DNA of 64,000 bases from Turneriella sp. (GTDB taxonomy: Bacteria; Spirochaetota; Leptospiria; Turneriellales; Turneriellaceae): positions 4,480,001 to 4,544,000 of the forward strand of contig CBDIID010000003.1 in assembly GCA_965279515.1 (NCBI GenBank), written 5' to 3'. Each line of letters starts with the position of its first letter. Position 1 is the first letter of the stretch. Positions 9,842-19,364 of this stretch are shown in pieces. The notes beneath the pieces were generated by a model. The model saw only the letters and a program-made list of their open reading frames with translations, searched no databases and was not told the origin of the DNA. The position numbers and the translations under genes were made by a program.

Positions 9842-11092
9842 TCAATCCTGCCCCCGGATAATATCGATCGGAGAGAGTTTGCCGGCCTTGAGCGCCGGCA
9901 GAAAACTTGCGATTGCCGTTGAGACGAGCGCCATGAGAAAACCAAAAACATAGATGATATAGGTAAACGAAATCATCATGCCCGTCGACTTCGATTTGAT
10001 CATCGGGCTTGAGAACGTGATGGTCGAGAGCTGCAGCGAGATCAGGTAGCCCGCGACAACACCCAGGAGCCCCCCGGCAACGCCTAAGAGCATGCCCTGC
10101 GTGATAAAAATAATCAGCACGTCGCGGCTTTCATAACCGACGCTGCGCAAGATCGCGATCTCGCGCTTTTTCTGGTTGATGACAATGCTCAGAATGTTGT
10201 AGATGCCAAAACCGGCGACGATCAGGATAATCGCCGTCAGCATATACCGCGTCATATCCTGCACCTGGAAGACGTCGAGTATCGACGAATTGATCTGTTC
10301 CCAACTTTGCACCTTCGCCGAATCGTCGTTGCTCCATAACTGCGCTTTCGGCAGCGACTGGCGTACATCGCGCAGCCGCACGGCGATGTCTGAGATCTGG
10401 CCGGGATTTCCCGAAATATTCTGCGCGGTAGTCAGCGCGACGTAGGCGAGATTGTCGTCGATCGCACGATTCCCTGTCTGGAATGATCCGGAAATTTTCA
10501 GTTGCTGCTGGTCGCCCTTGCTGTTGATTACCGTCACCGAATCACCGTAACGCATGCCCAGGTTTTCACGCAGACCCTCGCCCATGAGTATCTTCTGTCC
10601 GTTCTCCGCAAGTTCGCGCAGTGTTCCGTGCAGTATATATTTCTCGAACAGCGCGACGCGCGCCTGCTGTTCGGGCACGACGCCCAGAATGCGGCCGTTG
10701 CGCGCGACCTTGCCTTTGCGGTAGATTACCGTGACGTTGAGCTGCGCTGCATAGGCTTCGACGTCCTTGTCTTCGCGCAATCGCCACATCCACTCCTGGA
10801 CATTATCGATGCGTTCGTTGTCGCGGCGCCCCGACGGCGGTACGAACCAGAAAAGTTTTTCATTTTTGCCGGTGAAGACATGGTCGAAGCTCGTCGCCTC
10901 GATCAGGCGCGCCTTGGCCGAGATACGCACATGCGCGTCGTTGTTGACCATCTGGTCGAGCAGGTAGTCGCGAAAGCCCAGCAGGATGCCTGAAATAATA
11001 ATATATGCCGCCGCACCGAGCATGACGCCCAGGAGCGTCAGGACTGTCTGCCGCTTACGGGCCCAGAGCTGGCGCAGCGCGATAAAAATCAT
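9842..11092 (-). CDS. ABC transporter permease (LolC/E, FtsX family)
   Basis: N-terminal TM, periplasmic domain, KKREIAILRSVG, C-terminal TMs. Confidence 0.92.
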   Translation of the reverse strand: MIFIALRQLWARKRQTVLTLLGVMLGAAAYIIISGILLGFRDYLLDQMVNNDAHVRISAKARLIEATSFDHVFTGKNEKLFWFVPPSGRRDNERIDNVQEWMWRLREDKDVEAYAAQLNVTVIYRKGKVARNGRILGVVPEQQARVALFEKYILHGTLRELAENGQKILMGEGLRENLGMRYGDSVTVINSKGDQQQLKISGSFQTGNRAIDDNLAYVALTTAQNISGNPGQISDIAVRLRDVRQSLPKAQLWSNDDSAKVQSWEQINSSILDVFQVQDMTRYMLTAIILIVAGFGIYNILSIVINQKKREIAILRSVGYESRDVLIIFITQGMLLGVAGGLLGVVAGYLISLQLSTITFSSPMIKSKSTGMMISFTYIIYVFGFLMALVSTAIASFLPALKAGKLSPIDIIRGQD

Positions 11093-11880
11093 TGCGGGTA
11101 GTGGAGTATGTCGCCTTCGGCAAGTTCCGAAGAAACAATCTCCACGGCGTCTCCCTGCGTGAGCCCGATCTGTACCGGCACTTTCAATCTTTTGCCCGCG
11201 CGGGTGATCTGTATCTTGCCATCGCGCACAGCGCGCAGGGGGGCGACGAAAACATTTTCTTTTTTACCGGCTTCGATTGCGAGGTCGGCCGACATGCCCG
11301 GCAGAATTTCCAGCGGCAGTTCCCGCGATTCAATCTTCACCATGAACTGCCCGTCAGAGGGGTAGACCGAGGAGACAAGACCCGTGAATGTTTTACCCGG
11401 CAGGCCCTCAAAGGCAATCCGCACTTTCTGGCTTTGTGCGATCAGCACGGCGGATTTTTCATCGAGCGAGACGGTGATATACTTGCGGCTCAGGTCCATG
11501 ATCTGCAGTACCGGGTTTTGGGGAAACACGGCTTCGCCTTCTTTAAAAGAAACGGTCGTGACGATGCCGGCGAAAGGCGCGGTCATGACCGGTACCTGGT
11601 CGAACTCCACGAGTCGGTCGCCTTTTTTTACCGTCTCGCCAGCCTTGACATAGAGGCGGCGGATATTCGCCGCGATGCCGATTTTCAGCTGGTAACTGCG
11701 CTCGGCTTCGACGGTGCCGAGTCCATAGACCGTACGCAGAATCGTCGTGCGTCGCAGCGGCATGTCAGCGTTCGCCGGGCGCGAACGAATGCGGCTGATG
11801 CCGAGGTAACTGGCGGCAAGCAGTATTGCTATTGCAATATATTTCCGTTTGCCGGCAAAGAGCTGGCGAATAAAGTCCAT
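11089..11880 (-). CDS. Efflux periplasmic adaptor (membrane fusion protein)
   Basis: LYVKAGETVKKGDRL, APFAGIV, ILPGMSA motifs; in operon with ABC genes. Confidence 0.88.
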   Translation of the reverse strand: MDFIRQLFAGKRKYIAIAILLAASYLGISRIRSRPANADMPLRRTTILRTVYGLGTVEAERSYQLKIGIAANIRRLYVKAGETVKKGDRLVEFDQVPVMTAPFAGIVTTVSFKEGEAVFPQNPVLQIMDLSRKYITVSLDEKSAVLIAQSQKVRIAFEGLPGKTFTGLVSSVYPSDGQFMVKIESRELPLEILPGMSADLAIEAGKKENVFVAPLRAVRDGKIQITRAGKRLKVPVQIGLTQGDAVEIVSSELAEGDILHYPQ

Positions 11881-11956
11881 GCGCTATGCGCGGTCAGTTA
11901 AACATGCCGTCAAAGCCATGGAGGGAGAACCTACCCCGTTGCCAGAAGGAGGGCGC

Positions 11957-12071
11957 GTTCAAATCGGCATTAGCCGATTTGAACTGTCGAAACCATGGTG
12001 CGAGGGCGCACCTGGTCGCCACGCAAGGATGTTTAGTTCAACTCGCTATGCGAGTTGAACCGTGGCGACCA
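11957..12071. repeat. Cluster of inverted repeats overlapping the 3' end of ccr
   Basis: GTTCAAATCGGC/GCCGATTTGAAC (11957-11984), GGTGCG/CGCACC (11997-12012), GTTCAACTCGC/GCGAGTTGAAC (12036-12060), TGGTCGCCACG/CGTGGCGACCA (12013-12071). Confidence 0.8.
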
Positions 12072-13272
12072 TGTTCCCATGCGGGTGTTTGTTTTCGTAC
12101 ATGATCTGGTGCAGGTCGCCGATCTCGTCGAAAGATACTGATTTCGAGAGGCAAGGATCAATGCGCTTCTCGAGCACGAGATTGTTGAACGCTGTCGCTT
12201 GCGCGTCGTTGGCGAAGTGCGAACCCTGCAGGCGCTTCTGGTGCATCCAGTGGTAGCGCAGGTCGACGGTCGCGTTGTAGCCGGTGGTGCCGGCGCAGAT
12301 GACAACCATACCGCCGCGCTCGACGACATAACATGAAGTCGGGATTGTCGTCTCGCCGGGGTGCTCGAACACGATGCGTGGGCTCACGCCCTTGCCGGCG
12401 ATTTCCCAGATGGCCTTGCCGAATGCGCGCACGCCCTTCAGCCACTCGCCGTATTTCGCGTCGTCTTTCCAGTGTGGCAGCATGCCCCAGTGGTTAAAAT
12501 CCTTGCGGTTGATAACTCCGATGGCGCCGAGCTTTTTACAGTAGTCAACTTTGTTCGCTTCAGAGATGACAGCGATGGGCTTGCCGCCCATTTCGCGCAC
12601 GATTTGGATGGCCATTGAGCCGAGACCGCCCGCGCCGCCCCAGATGAGCACGACGTCGTCTTTGCGCACGGTGTGCTCGGGAAAGCCCATGAGCATGCGG
12701 TATGCGGTCGCGCCAACGAGCATGTAGGCCGCCGATTCTTCCCAGTTCATGTGGCGAGGGCGCGGCAGGCACTGGTGCGCCTGAACTTTTGTGAACTGCG
12801 CAAAGCTGCCGTAGTTGACTTCATAGCCCCAGATGCGGTTGGATGTATGAACGATGGGGTCGACTTTGCCTGACTTGATGTCGGCGTTGTTCACGTCCCA
12901 CATGCCGCAGTGGACGACGACTTCGTCGCCGACCTTAATGTTTTTCACGTTGGCGCCTGTTTTATAGACGATGCCTGATGCGTCTGAACCGCCGATATGG
13001 AAGCCCGAGTTATCGTTCTGGTCTTTGCGGTGCACGTCGACCATGTTGAGGGGGATGCCCAGCGCAGCCCAGACATTGTTGTAGTTGATGCCGGCGGCTT
13101 TGACGAGCACGAGCGCGTCGTCGGGTCCGATTTCGGGTACATCGACGACTTCTTTCTGGAAGGCCTTTTTCGGCTCGCCAAAACGGTCTTCGCGGATCGT
13201 CTGCGCATACATCTTTTTGGGAACTTCCCCGGTGGGGATAGCTTCATTCAGTTCATAGAGTTCTTTTGCCAT
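12046..13272 (-). CDS. ccr: Crotonyl-CoA carboxylase/reductase
   Basis: [55 protein letters not shown]. Confidence 0.92.
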   Translation of the reverse strand: MAKELYELNEAIPTGEVPKKMYAQTIREDRFGEPKKAFQKEVVDVPEIGPDDALVLVKAAGINYNNVWAALGIPLNMVDVHRKDQNDNSGFHIGGSDASGIVYKTGANVKNIKVGDEVVVHCGMWDVNNADIKSGKVDPIVHTSNRIWGYEVNYGSFAQFTKVQAHQCLPRPRHMNWEESAAYMLVGATAYRMLMGFPEHTVRKDDVVLIWGGAGGLGSMAIQIVREMGGKPIAVISEANKVDYCKKLGAIGVINRKDFNHWGMLPHWKDDAKYGEWLKGVRAFGKAIWEIAGKGVSPRIVFEHPGETTIPTSCYVVERGGMVVICAGTTGYNATVDLRYHWMHQKRLQGSHFANDAQATAFNNLVLEKRIDPCLSKSVSFDEIGDLHQIMYENKHPHGNMVATVQLA

Positions 13273-13362
13273 GGGCGGGAAAATTTATTTTAGAGACAGC
13301 CTGTCAAAAGCTTTGGGCGTTGGAGCAGTCAAAAAATGCTTCGATATTGAACTATACCGCCG

Positions 13363-13920
13363 ATGCAGCATACCCACGAAATCTATAAAGACAACGAAAA
13401 GCTGCGGGCGATGATCATTTTTATCCTGCGCAAGCTATCGGGCAAGCTGAACCGCGTCGCGCTGTGCAAGAATCTCTACTATTCTGAGATGCACTATTTC
13501 CAGAAATTCGCAAAAAGCATCAGTGGTGCGGATTATCTGCACATCGAGGCATCCCCCGTGCCGCGGCATTTTAACGAAATTATCGCCGAGATGGTGGCAA
13601 AGGGTGAGGTGCGGGTAGTGCCGCACGTGGCGCCCGAAGTCATCGAAGGCCGCCAGATCATGGTGCTCAGGGGCATGGTGTTCGAAAGCGATGCGCCGCT
13701 GTTAACCGCGCTCGACCGCAACGAGCTGCGCGCGGTACGCATGGTGTCATCGACGCTACAGAATGAAATGAATTTAGAAACGCGCTATTTTCCGCAGTAT
13801 TACCAGCACTACGTGCAGACGGGGCTCTACGAAGTCATTCCGCCGGTGACATTCCCCAAGCGTCCGCATTTGCAGTTCAAGGCCTGGAGCCGGAAGATTT
13901 ATCGGTTGATGTGGCAATAG
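13363..13920 (+). CDS. Panacea/DUF4065-like domain protein
   Basis: LCKNLYYSEMHYFQKFAKSISGADYLHIEASPVP resembles the L.KLLY.....ITG..Y.....GPVP pattern. Confidence 0.6.
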   Translation: MQHTHEIYKDNEKLRAMIIFILRKLSGKLNRVALCKNLYYSEMHYFQKFAKSISGADYLHIEASPVPRHFNEIIAEMVAKGEVRVVPHVAPEVIEGRQIMVLRGMVFESDAPLLTALDRNELRAVRMVSSTLQNEMNLETRYFPQYYQHYVQTGLYEVIPPVTFPKRPHLQFKAWSRKIYRLMWQ

Positions 13921-13921
13921 T

Positions 13922-13978
13922 GCGCCAGGATGGCGCCTAGTCCACAGCCGACAGGATGTCGTCTGTGCTGTGGACTGG
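13922..13978. repeat. REP-like element with CA-GGA-TG mini-hairpins
   Basis: GCGCCA-GGA-TGGCGC, then AGTCCACAGC[CGACA-GGA-TGTCG]TCTGT GCTGTGGACT between convergent genes. Confidence 0.7.
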
Positions 13979-13981
13979 CAG

Positions 13982-15133
13982 CTAAGAAAAAATTTCTTTT
14001 TCCAATGGTTGGGATAACCAGTCGGCTGCAGGCCAAACGACGCAGTCCTTGTGGGTTTTCTTTTGTGCGCCTTGGGCAACCAGCAGAATGCGCGTCTTAA
14101 CACCGAGACGGTCGCCGAAATAGGTGAGGGCGTGATGGGGATTGGTATCGGACCACTTTGCTTCGATGAGAGCGATGGGTTTTTTGTCTTTTATGATCAC
14201 GAAATCCACCTCGTGTTTTTCTTTGTCGCGCAGGTAACAGAGTTCGTAGCGGTAGCCTGTGCCGTCCTGCAAATACTGAATGCGCTTTAATAAATGGGTG
14301 GCCACTAGATTCTCAAATTTCGCACCCTCATCGCCGTCGACATCACCGTTGTCAAAAAAATATATTTTGGGTTGTTTTAGAATTGACCGGGCGAGTTTGG
14401 CCGCATAAGGTCGAATCTGAAACAGTGCGTAGCTGTGTTCAAGCACCTGAATCCAGCTTTTGATGGTTTTGGGTGTAACGTCCATATCGCGCGCGAGATT
14501 CGCGTAGTTGATCTGACCACTGACCTGGGCCTTGAGTAAGTTGTGCAGTTGTTCGAGCAGATAGATATCTTTAATTTTTTCAATTTCGCGGATGTCTTGC
14601 CTGAAAACGAGATCAAGCCGTTCGAGACGCCAACGCCGCGTAATTTTTTCATTATTTGCAAGATACGGCTCGGGAAAGCCGGAGTGATTCAGTAGTCGTC
14701 TTAATCTTTCGTCCGGAGTCTTGCCATCGAGCTTTAGCGAATTGATCTCTGCGAGGCAGAATGGGTGCAGGCGCCAGAGCGTGTACCTGCCGAACATGCT
14801 GTCCTGGCCGCGGCGATACAGGTCAAGGCGAGTGCTGCCCGTAACCAAAAACCTGTGATACTCCTTTTCCACGTCGTAGATGCCCTTGAGGTAGTTCTTC
14901 CAACGGCTGTATTTATGAATTTCATCGAGGATGATGATTTTGTCGGTGTCTTTCCAGTCGCGCTTCATGAACGCATTACGACCGTCAGGGTTGTCGTAGT
15001 TGATGTATTTGCCCGGCGTAAATTCTTTGAGGAATGATTTGACGAGTGTAGTTTTGCCTGCCTGGCGGGGGCCGGCGACGAAGACCATGCGGCGTTTGAG
15101 GTCGTCTGTTATATTGGACGTCAGATAACGCAC
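13982..15133 (-). CDS. AAA_14 ATPase with DUF4143 domain
   Basis: GPRQAGKTT, IILDEIHK, VTGS, PKIYFFDNG, FENLVA, EVDFVI...IEAK nuclease-like C-terminus. Confidence 0.9.
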   Translation of the reverse strand: MRYLTSNITDDLKRRMVFVAGPRQAGKTTLVKSFLKEFTPGKYINYDNPDGRNAFMKRDWKDTDKIIILDEIHKYSRWKNYLKGIYDVEKEYHRFLVTGSTRLDLYRRGQDSMFGRYTLWRLHPFCLAEINSLKLDGKTPDERLRRLLNHSGFPEPYLANNEKITRRWRLERLDLVFRQDIREIEKIKDIYLLEQLHNLLKAQVSGQINYANLARDMDVTPKTIKSWIQVLEHSYALFQIRPYAAKLARSILKQPKIYFFDNGDVDGDEGAKFENLVATHLLKRIQYLQDGTGYRYELCYLRDKEKHEVDFVIIKDKKPIALIEAKWSDTNPHHALTYFGDRLGVKTRILLVAQGAQKKTHKDCVVWPAADWLSQPLEKEIFS

Positions 15134-15135
15134 TG

Positions 15136-15184
15136 GACCAAAAGGCAGTACTCTCCCGAATGGTCAAGACCAAAAGGGAGAGTA
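15136..15184. promoter_or_regulatory. Inverted plus direct repeat upstream of the AAA/DUF4143 gene
   Basis: TACTCTCCC-GAA-TGGTC-AA-GACCA-AAA-GGGAGAGTA; GACCAAAAGG occurs twice. Confidence 0.6.
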
Positions 15185-15186
15185 GG

Positions 15187-17040
15187 TCATTTTAGTCGAG
15201 TCCTGTTTTCTCGCCGCGTCAGACGCTCCCAAAGATCAAGTCGCTTAATTTTCGCAAGCTCGCTTTTGAGTACGCCTTGATTCTCTCTCTTATGCCAGAA
15301 GAAAAAACGATTCTGTAAATCCCGGCTTTTCTCATCTTTGTTCGGACTTACGGGTTTTCCTGTGTAGGGATGCACACCCGAATAATGGATTTCCGTGGCA
15401 ACTGTCATCGGTGTCGGGGTAAAGCCCTGAACCTGTTCGAGTTGAAATCCCAGTTCTTTGGTTTCGCAGGCGAGGTTTGCCATATCTTCAACTTCTGTTC
15501 CGGGATGCGCCGAGATGAAATAGGGGATGATCTGCTGCTTCTTACCAACCTTTGCCGAAACTTTTTCAAACTGCCGCTTGAACGCATGGAAGAGTTTGAA
15601 CGACGGTTTGCGCATGATCTTCAGCACGTGGTCGGCCGTGTGCTCGGGGGCGACCTTGAGCCGGCCCGAGACATGGTGGCGGATGAGCTGCTCGGTATAT
15701 TCGCTCAGGCCATTGGCCTTATCGTGCTTATCGTCCTTCGGTACGAGCAGGTCATAGCGCACACCTGAACCCACGAAGGCGTGGTTCACCTTGGGATGGT
15801 CTTTGACGAGGCGGTAAATTTCCGTGAGGTCGCTGTGATCGACATCGAGATTCTTACACACCTTCGGAAAAATACAAGAAGGTGCGCTGCAGCGTTCGCA
15901 GATCGATAAATCTTTACCTTGCATTTTATACATGTTCGCCGACGGGCCGCCCATGTCGCTGATCACGCCTTTGAATTCGGGGTGCTCGACGAGCGCATCA
16001 AGTTCGCGCCGAATGCTCTCTTTGCTGCGGGAGGCAATGAACTTGCCCTGGTGCGCAGAGATCGTGCAAAAACTGCAACCGCCGAAACAGCCGCGGTGCG
16101 TGTTGATCGAAAACTTGATCATCTCGTACGCGGGTATTTGCCCGCGCTTGCGGTATTTCGGGTGTGGCATACGCGTGTAAGCATATTCGAAACTTTGGTC
16201 GATCTCCTTCTCGTCCATCGGCGGGTAAGGGGGATTGATCACCAGCGTGCGGTGGTCGACTTTCTGCAAAATGCGCCGCGCATGCATCTTATTCGATTCG
16301 CGCTCGATGATCTTAAAGTTCTGGGAGTATTTTATTTTATCCGTGAGACAGACTTCGTGCGCCGTGATCTCCACATCTTCCCAGCTTTTGTTGACGGGTA
16401 TCTTTTCAGCGAGCACCGCGGTCTGCGCAACGGTGTTGATTTTTTCGAATGGCACACCGCGTTTTAGCAGGCGCAAAATCTCTTTGAGCGGCTGTTCGCC
16501 CATACCATAGACGAGCAAATCGGCGCCGCTCTCGGCGAGAATGCTCGGCTTCAGCGTATCAGACCAATAGTCATAGTGCGTCACTCGTCTCAGCGACGCT
16601 TCAATCCCACCCAAAACTACCGGCACATCGGGGTAGAGTTGTTTGAGGATTTTAGAATAAGTGTAGGCGGCGTAGTCGGGGCGGAAATTGGCTTCGCCCC
16701 CCGGTGTGTAGGCGTCGCTCGAGCGTCGGCGTTTGCGCGCGGTGTAGTGGTTCACCATCGAGTCCATGCAGCCCGAGGTGACGCCGAAAAAAAGCTTTGG
16801 GGCACCGAACTTTTTAAAGTCGCGCAGGTCGTCGCGCCAGTTGGGTTGGGGAATGATGGCGACATTCAGCCCCTCGGCCTCAATCATGCGGCCGACGACC
16901 GCGTGGCCGAATGAGGGGTGATCGACATAGGCATCACCCGAAATCAGAATGACGTCCAAATCACCGACTTCGAGGCCGCGGCGGTGCAAATCGTCGACGG
17001 TGATGGGTAGCCAGCGGTTGGTGTCGAAGAGTTCCGGCAC
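15187..17040 (-). CDS. YgiQ-family radical SAM protein
   Basis: GDAYVDHPSFG, CFGGCSFC, DMGGPSANMY, SGVRYDL, LKVAPEH, PYFISAHPG. Confidence 0.95.
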   Translation of the reverse strand: MPELFDTNRWLPITVDDLHRRGLEVGDLDVILISGDAYVDHPSFGHAVVGRMIEAEGLNVAIIPQPNWRDDLRDFKKFGAPKLFFGVTSGCMDSMVNHYTARKRRRSSDAYTPGGEANFRPDYAAYTYSKILKQLYPDVPVVLGGIEASLRRVTHYDYWSDTLKPSILAESGADLLVYGMGEQPLKEILRLLKRGVPFEKINTVAQTAVLAEKIPVNKSWEDVEITAHEVCLTDKIKYSQNFKIIERESNKMHARRILQKVDHRTLVINPPYPPMDEKEIDQSFEYAYTRMPHPKYRKRGQIPAYEMIKFSINTHRGCFGGCSFCTISAHQGKFIASRSKESIRRELDALVEHPEFKGVISDMGGPSANMYKMQGKDLSICERCSAPSCIFPKVCKNLDVDHSDLTEIYRLVKDHPKVNHAFVGSGVRYDLLVPKDDKHDKANGLSEYTEQLIRHHVSGRLKVAPEHTADHVLKIMRKPSFKLFHAFKRQFEKVSAKVGKKQQIIPYFISAHPGTEVEDMANLACETKELGFQLEQVQGFTPTPMTVATEIHYSGVHPYTGKPVSPNKDEKSRDLQNRFFFWHKRENQGVLKSELAKIKRLDLWERLTRRENRTRLK

Positions 17041-17119
17041 GGACAGAAATCCTCCTTAAAGAGACAGCCCGGCAATCGAAAAGAGCTTTCTGCTGGTGGC
17101 CAAATCTGTGATCTCGCCC

Positions 17120-17905
17120 ATGCATAAACCCGTTGCCCTTATCACAGGCGCGTCGACCGGTATCGGTTATGAGATGGCGAAGATTTTTGCCGCGCGCGGC
17201 TACGATCTGGTCGTCGTAGCGCGCAGCGAAAAAAATCTTAAAAATCTCCACAAGCACCTGTCACCCCTGGTTAAGGTCACCGACATCGCCATGGACCTTT
17301 CGGTTCCGGGCGCGGGAGCCAAACTCTTCGCCAAAACAAAAAAACTGAAGCTTGAGGTGGATGTCCTCGTGAACAACGCGGGCTTTGGCACGAACGGTGA
17401 CTTTGTCACACTCGATTTAGACCGCGAGCTACAGGAAGTCGATCTCAACGTACGCACGCTCAGCGAGCTTTGCCATCTCTATGGCGCGGGCATGGCCCAG
17501 CGTCGAACAGGGAAAATTCTCAACGTCGCCTCGACAGCAGCCTTTCAGCCGGGTCCCTACATGTCTGTCTACTATGCAACGAAGGCCTATGTTCTGAGTT
17601 TATCCGAGGGACTGCACGAAGAGCTGAAGCCGAAAGGTGTACAGGTCTCGGTTCTTTGTCCGGGAGCCACGGTTACAGAATTTGCTGACACCGCGGGCAT
17701 GGGCAAATCGCGGCTCTTTACTTCGAAAATTCTGAAGCCCGCTAAAGCCGAGGATGTCGCCATCTATGGAGTCAATAAATTCTTTCAGGGTAAGACGATC
17801 ATCATTCCCGGCCTCTTGAATAAATTTCTGGTCCAGGGCAATCGCTTCAGCGCCCGCGCCCTGGTGCGCAAGATCGCCGCGCACCTGAACCGTCGCCGCG
17901 GCTGA
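17120..17905 (+). CDS. Short-chain dehydrogenase/reductase
   Basis: ITGASTGIG, NNAGFG, YYATK. Confidence 0.93.
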   Translation: MHKPVALITGASTGIGYEMAKIFAARGYDLVVVARSEKNLKNLHKHLSPLVKVTDIAMDLSVPGAGAKLFAKTKKLKLEVDVLVNNAGFGTNGDFVTLDLDRELQEVDLNVRTLSELCHLYGAGMAQRRTGKILNVASTAAFQPGPYMSVYYATKAYVLSLSEGLHEELKPKGVQVSVLCPGATVTEFADTAGMGKSRLFTSKILKPAKAEDVAIYGVNKFFQGKTIIIPGLLNKFLVQGNRFSARALVRKIAAHLNRRRG

Positions 17906-17925
17906 AGAAATCGCTGCGCAGGAAT

Positions 17926-18579
17926 TTAGATTTTCATCTCAGGGATTTGCCCCTCGATCACCAGGCGCCCCTCAGTAGCGCTTTTGACCTGATCGACACT
18001 GACCCCCGGCGCCGTTTCGAGAAGTTTGAAGCCCTGCGGAGTAACATCGATCACGGCGAGTTCAGTCACGATCTTCTTCACACAACCGACGCCTGTTAAA
18101 GGCAATGAGCATTTTTTCAGCAACTTGGATTCATTCGCTTTGTTGACGTGCTGCATCGCCACGATGATGTTCTTGGCTGATGCCACCAGATCCATCGCCC
18201 CGCCCATACCCTTGACCATTTTTCCCGGAATTTTCCAATTGGCGATATCACCGTTTTCAGCGACTTCCATTGCACCCAAAATAGTCAGGTCGACTTTTCT
18301 CGCGCGGATCATGCCAAAGCTCATCGCCGAATCAAAAATAGCAGAACCTGCGACCGTTGTGATGGTCTGTTTGCCTGCATTGATATAATCCGGGTCTTCT
18401 TCACCTTCAAAGGGAAAAGGCCCCATACCCAATAAGCCATTTTCTGACTGTAAGACGACATTCATGCCTTGGGGTATGTAATTGGAAACCAGTGTAGGAA
18501 TTCCAATGCCGAGGTTTACGTAAAAACCGTCTTGGATTTCCATAGCGATGCGTTTTGCGATTCCGACTTTATCGAGCAT
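17926..18579 (-). CDS. scoB: 3-oxoacid CoA-transferase subunit B
   Basis: [14 protein letters not shown] active-site motif, GMGGAMDL. Confidence 0.93.
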   Translation of the reverse strand: MLDKVGIAKRIAMEIQDGFYVNLGIGIPTLVSNYIPQGMNVVLQSENGLLGMGPFPFEGEEDPDYINAGKQTITTVAGSAIFDSAMSFGMIRARKVDLTILGAMEVAENGDIANWKIPGKMVKGMGGAMDLVASAKNIIVAMQHVNKANESKLLKKCSLPLTGVGCVKKIVTELAVIDVTPQGFKLLETAPGVSVDQVKSATEGRLVIEGQIPEMKI

Positions 18580-18582
18580 AAC

Positions 18583-19290
18583 TTACCTTTTCCTCGTCGT
18601 TCTCTGTTCGATCCGCTTTTCATAGTTACTGCCTTGAAAAATACGGTGAACATAGATTCCGGGTGTGTGTATATAATTCGGGTCCAGCTCGCCTGCAGGC
18701 ACGAGCTCTTCAACTTCCGCTATGGTGATCTTGCCGGCCATCGCCATCAGGGGATTAAAATTCCGCGCGGTTCCGCGAAACACCAGGTTGCCATGCGTGT
18801 CGCCCTTCCAGGCTTTTACCAGCGCAAAATCCATATTAAAAGCGTATTCCATCAGGAATTCTTTTTCCATGCCATCGACGATAAACTTGCGTATTTCTTT
18901 GCCCTCTGCGACTTCGGTGCCGATACCGGCGGGAGTAAAGATCGCGGGCATGCCATACCCGGCAGCCAGGCAACGCGTGGCCAGGGTTCCCTGCGGAACT
19001 AACTCCACATCGAGTTCACCGGAAAGCAATTGTTTTTCAAATTCGGCATTTTCGCCCACGTAAGAGGCGATCATTTTTTTCACCTGCCGGGTTTTCAGCA
19101 AGAGCCCGATGCCGAAATTGTCGACGCCCGCATTGTTTGAAATACAGGTTAGGTCTTTAACGCCTTTTTTTACCAGCGCAGAGATACAGTTTTCAGGAAT
19201 ACCGCAGAGCCCGAAACCGCCGATGCCGAGTACTGCATTGTCAGGAATATCGGCGATGGCGGCATCTGCATGGGTGACTGTCTTGTTCAT
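18583..19290 (-). CDS. scoA: 3-oxoacid CoA-transferase subunit A
   Basis: GGFGLCGIPE, SNNAG, PQGTLA, TARNFNP. Confidence 0.93.
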   Translation of the reverse strand: MNKTVTHADAAIADIPDNAVLGIGGFGLCGIPENCISALVKKGVKDLTCISNNAGVDNFGIGLLLKTRQVKKMIASYVGENAEFEKQLLSGELDVELVPQGTLATRCLAAGYGMPAIFTPAGIGTEVAEGKEIRKFIVDGMEKEFLMEYAFNMDFALVKAWKGDTHGNLVFRGTARNFNPLMAMAGKITIAEVEELVPAGELDPNYIHTPGIYVHRIFQGSNYEKRIEQRTTRKR

Positions 19291-19364
19291 CTCGGTGAAA
19301 GTGTCCTTGTCGTAAGAACATCCGACGTAAAGTCTTTCTATATGCGAAAAACTCTGCAGCCGGG

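Noticed and set aside
11092..11901. 269-aa plus-strand ORF and many similar short antisense ORFs
   Set aside because: Shadow frames of well-supported genes in GC-rich sequence
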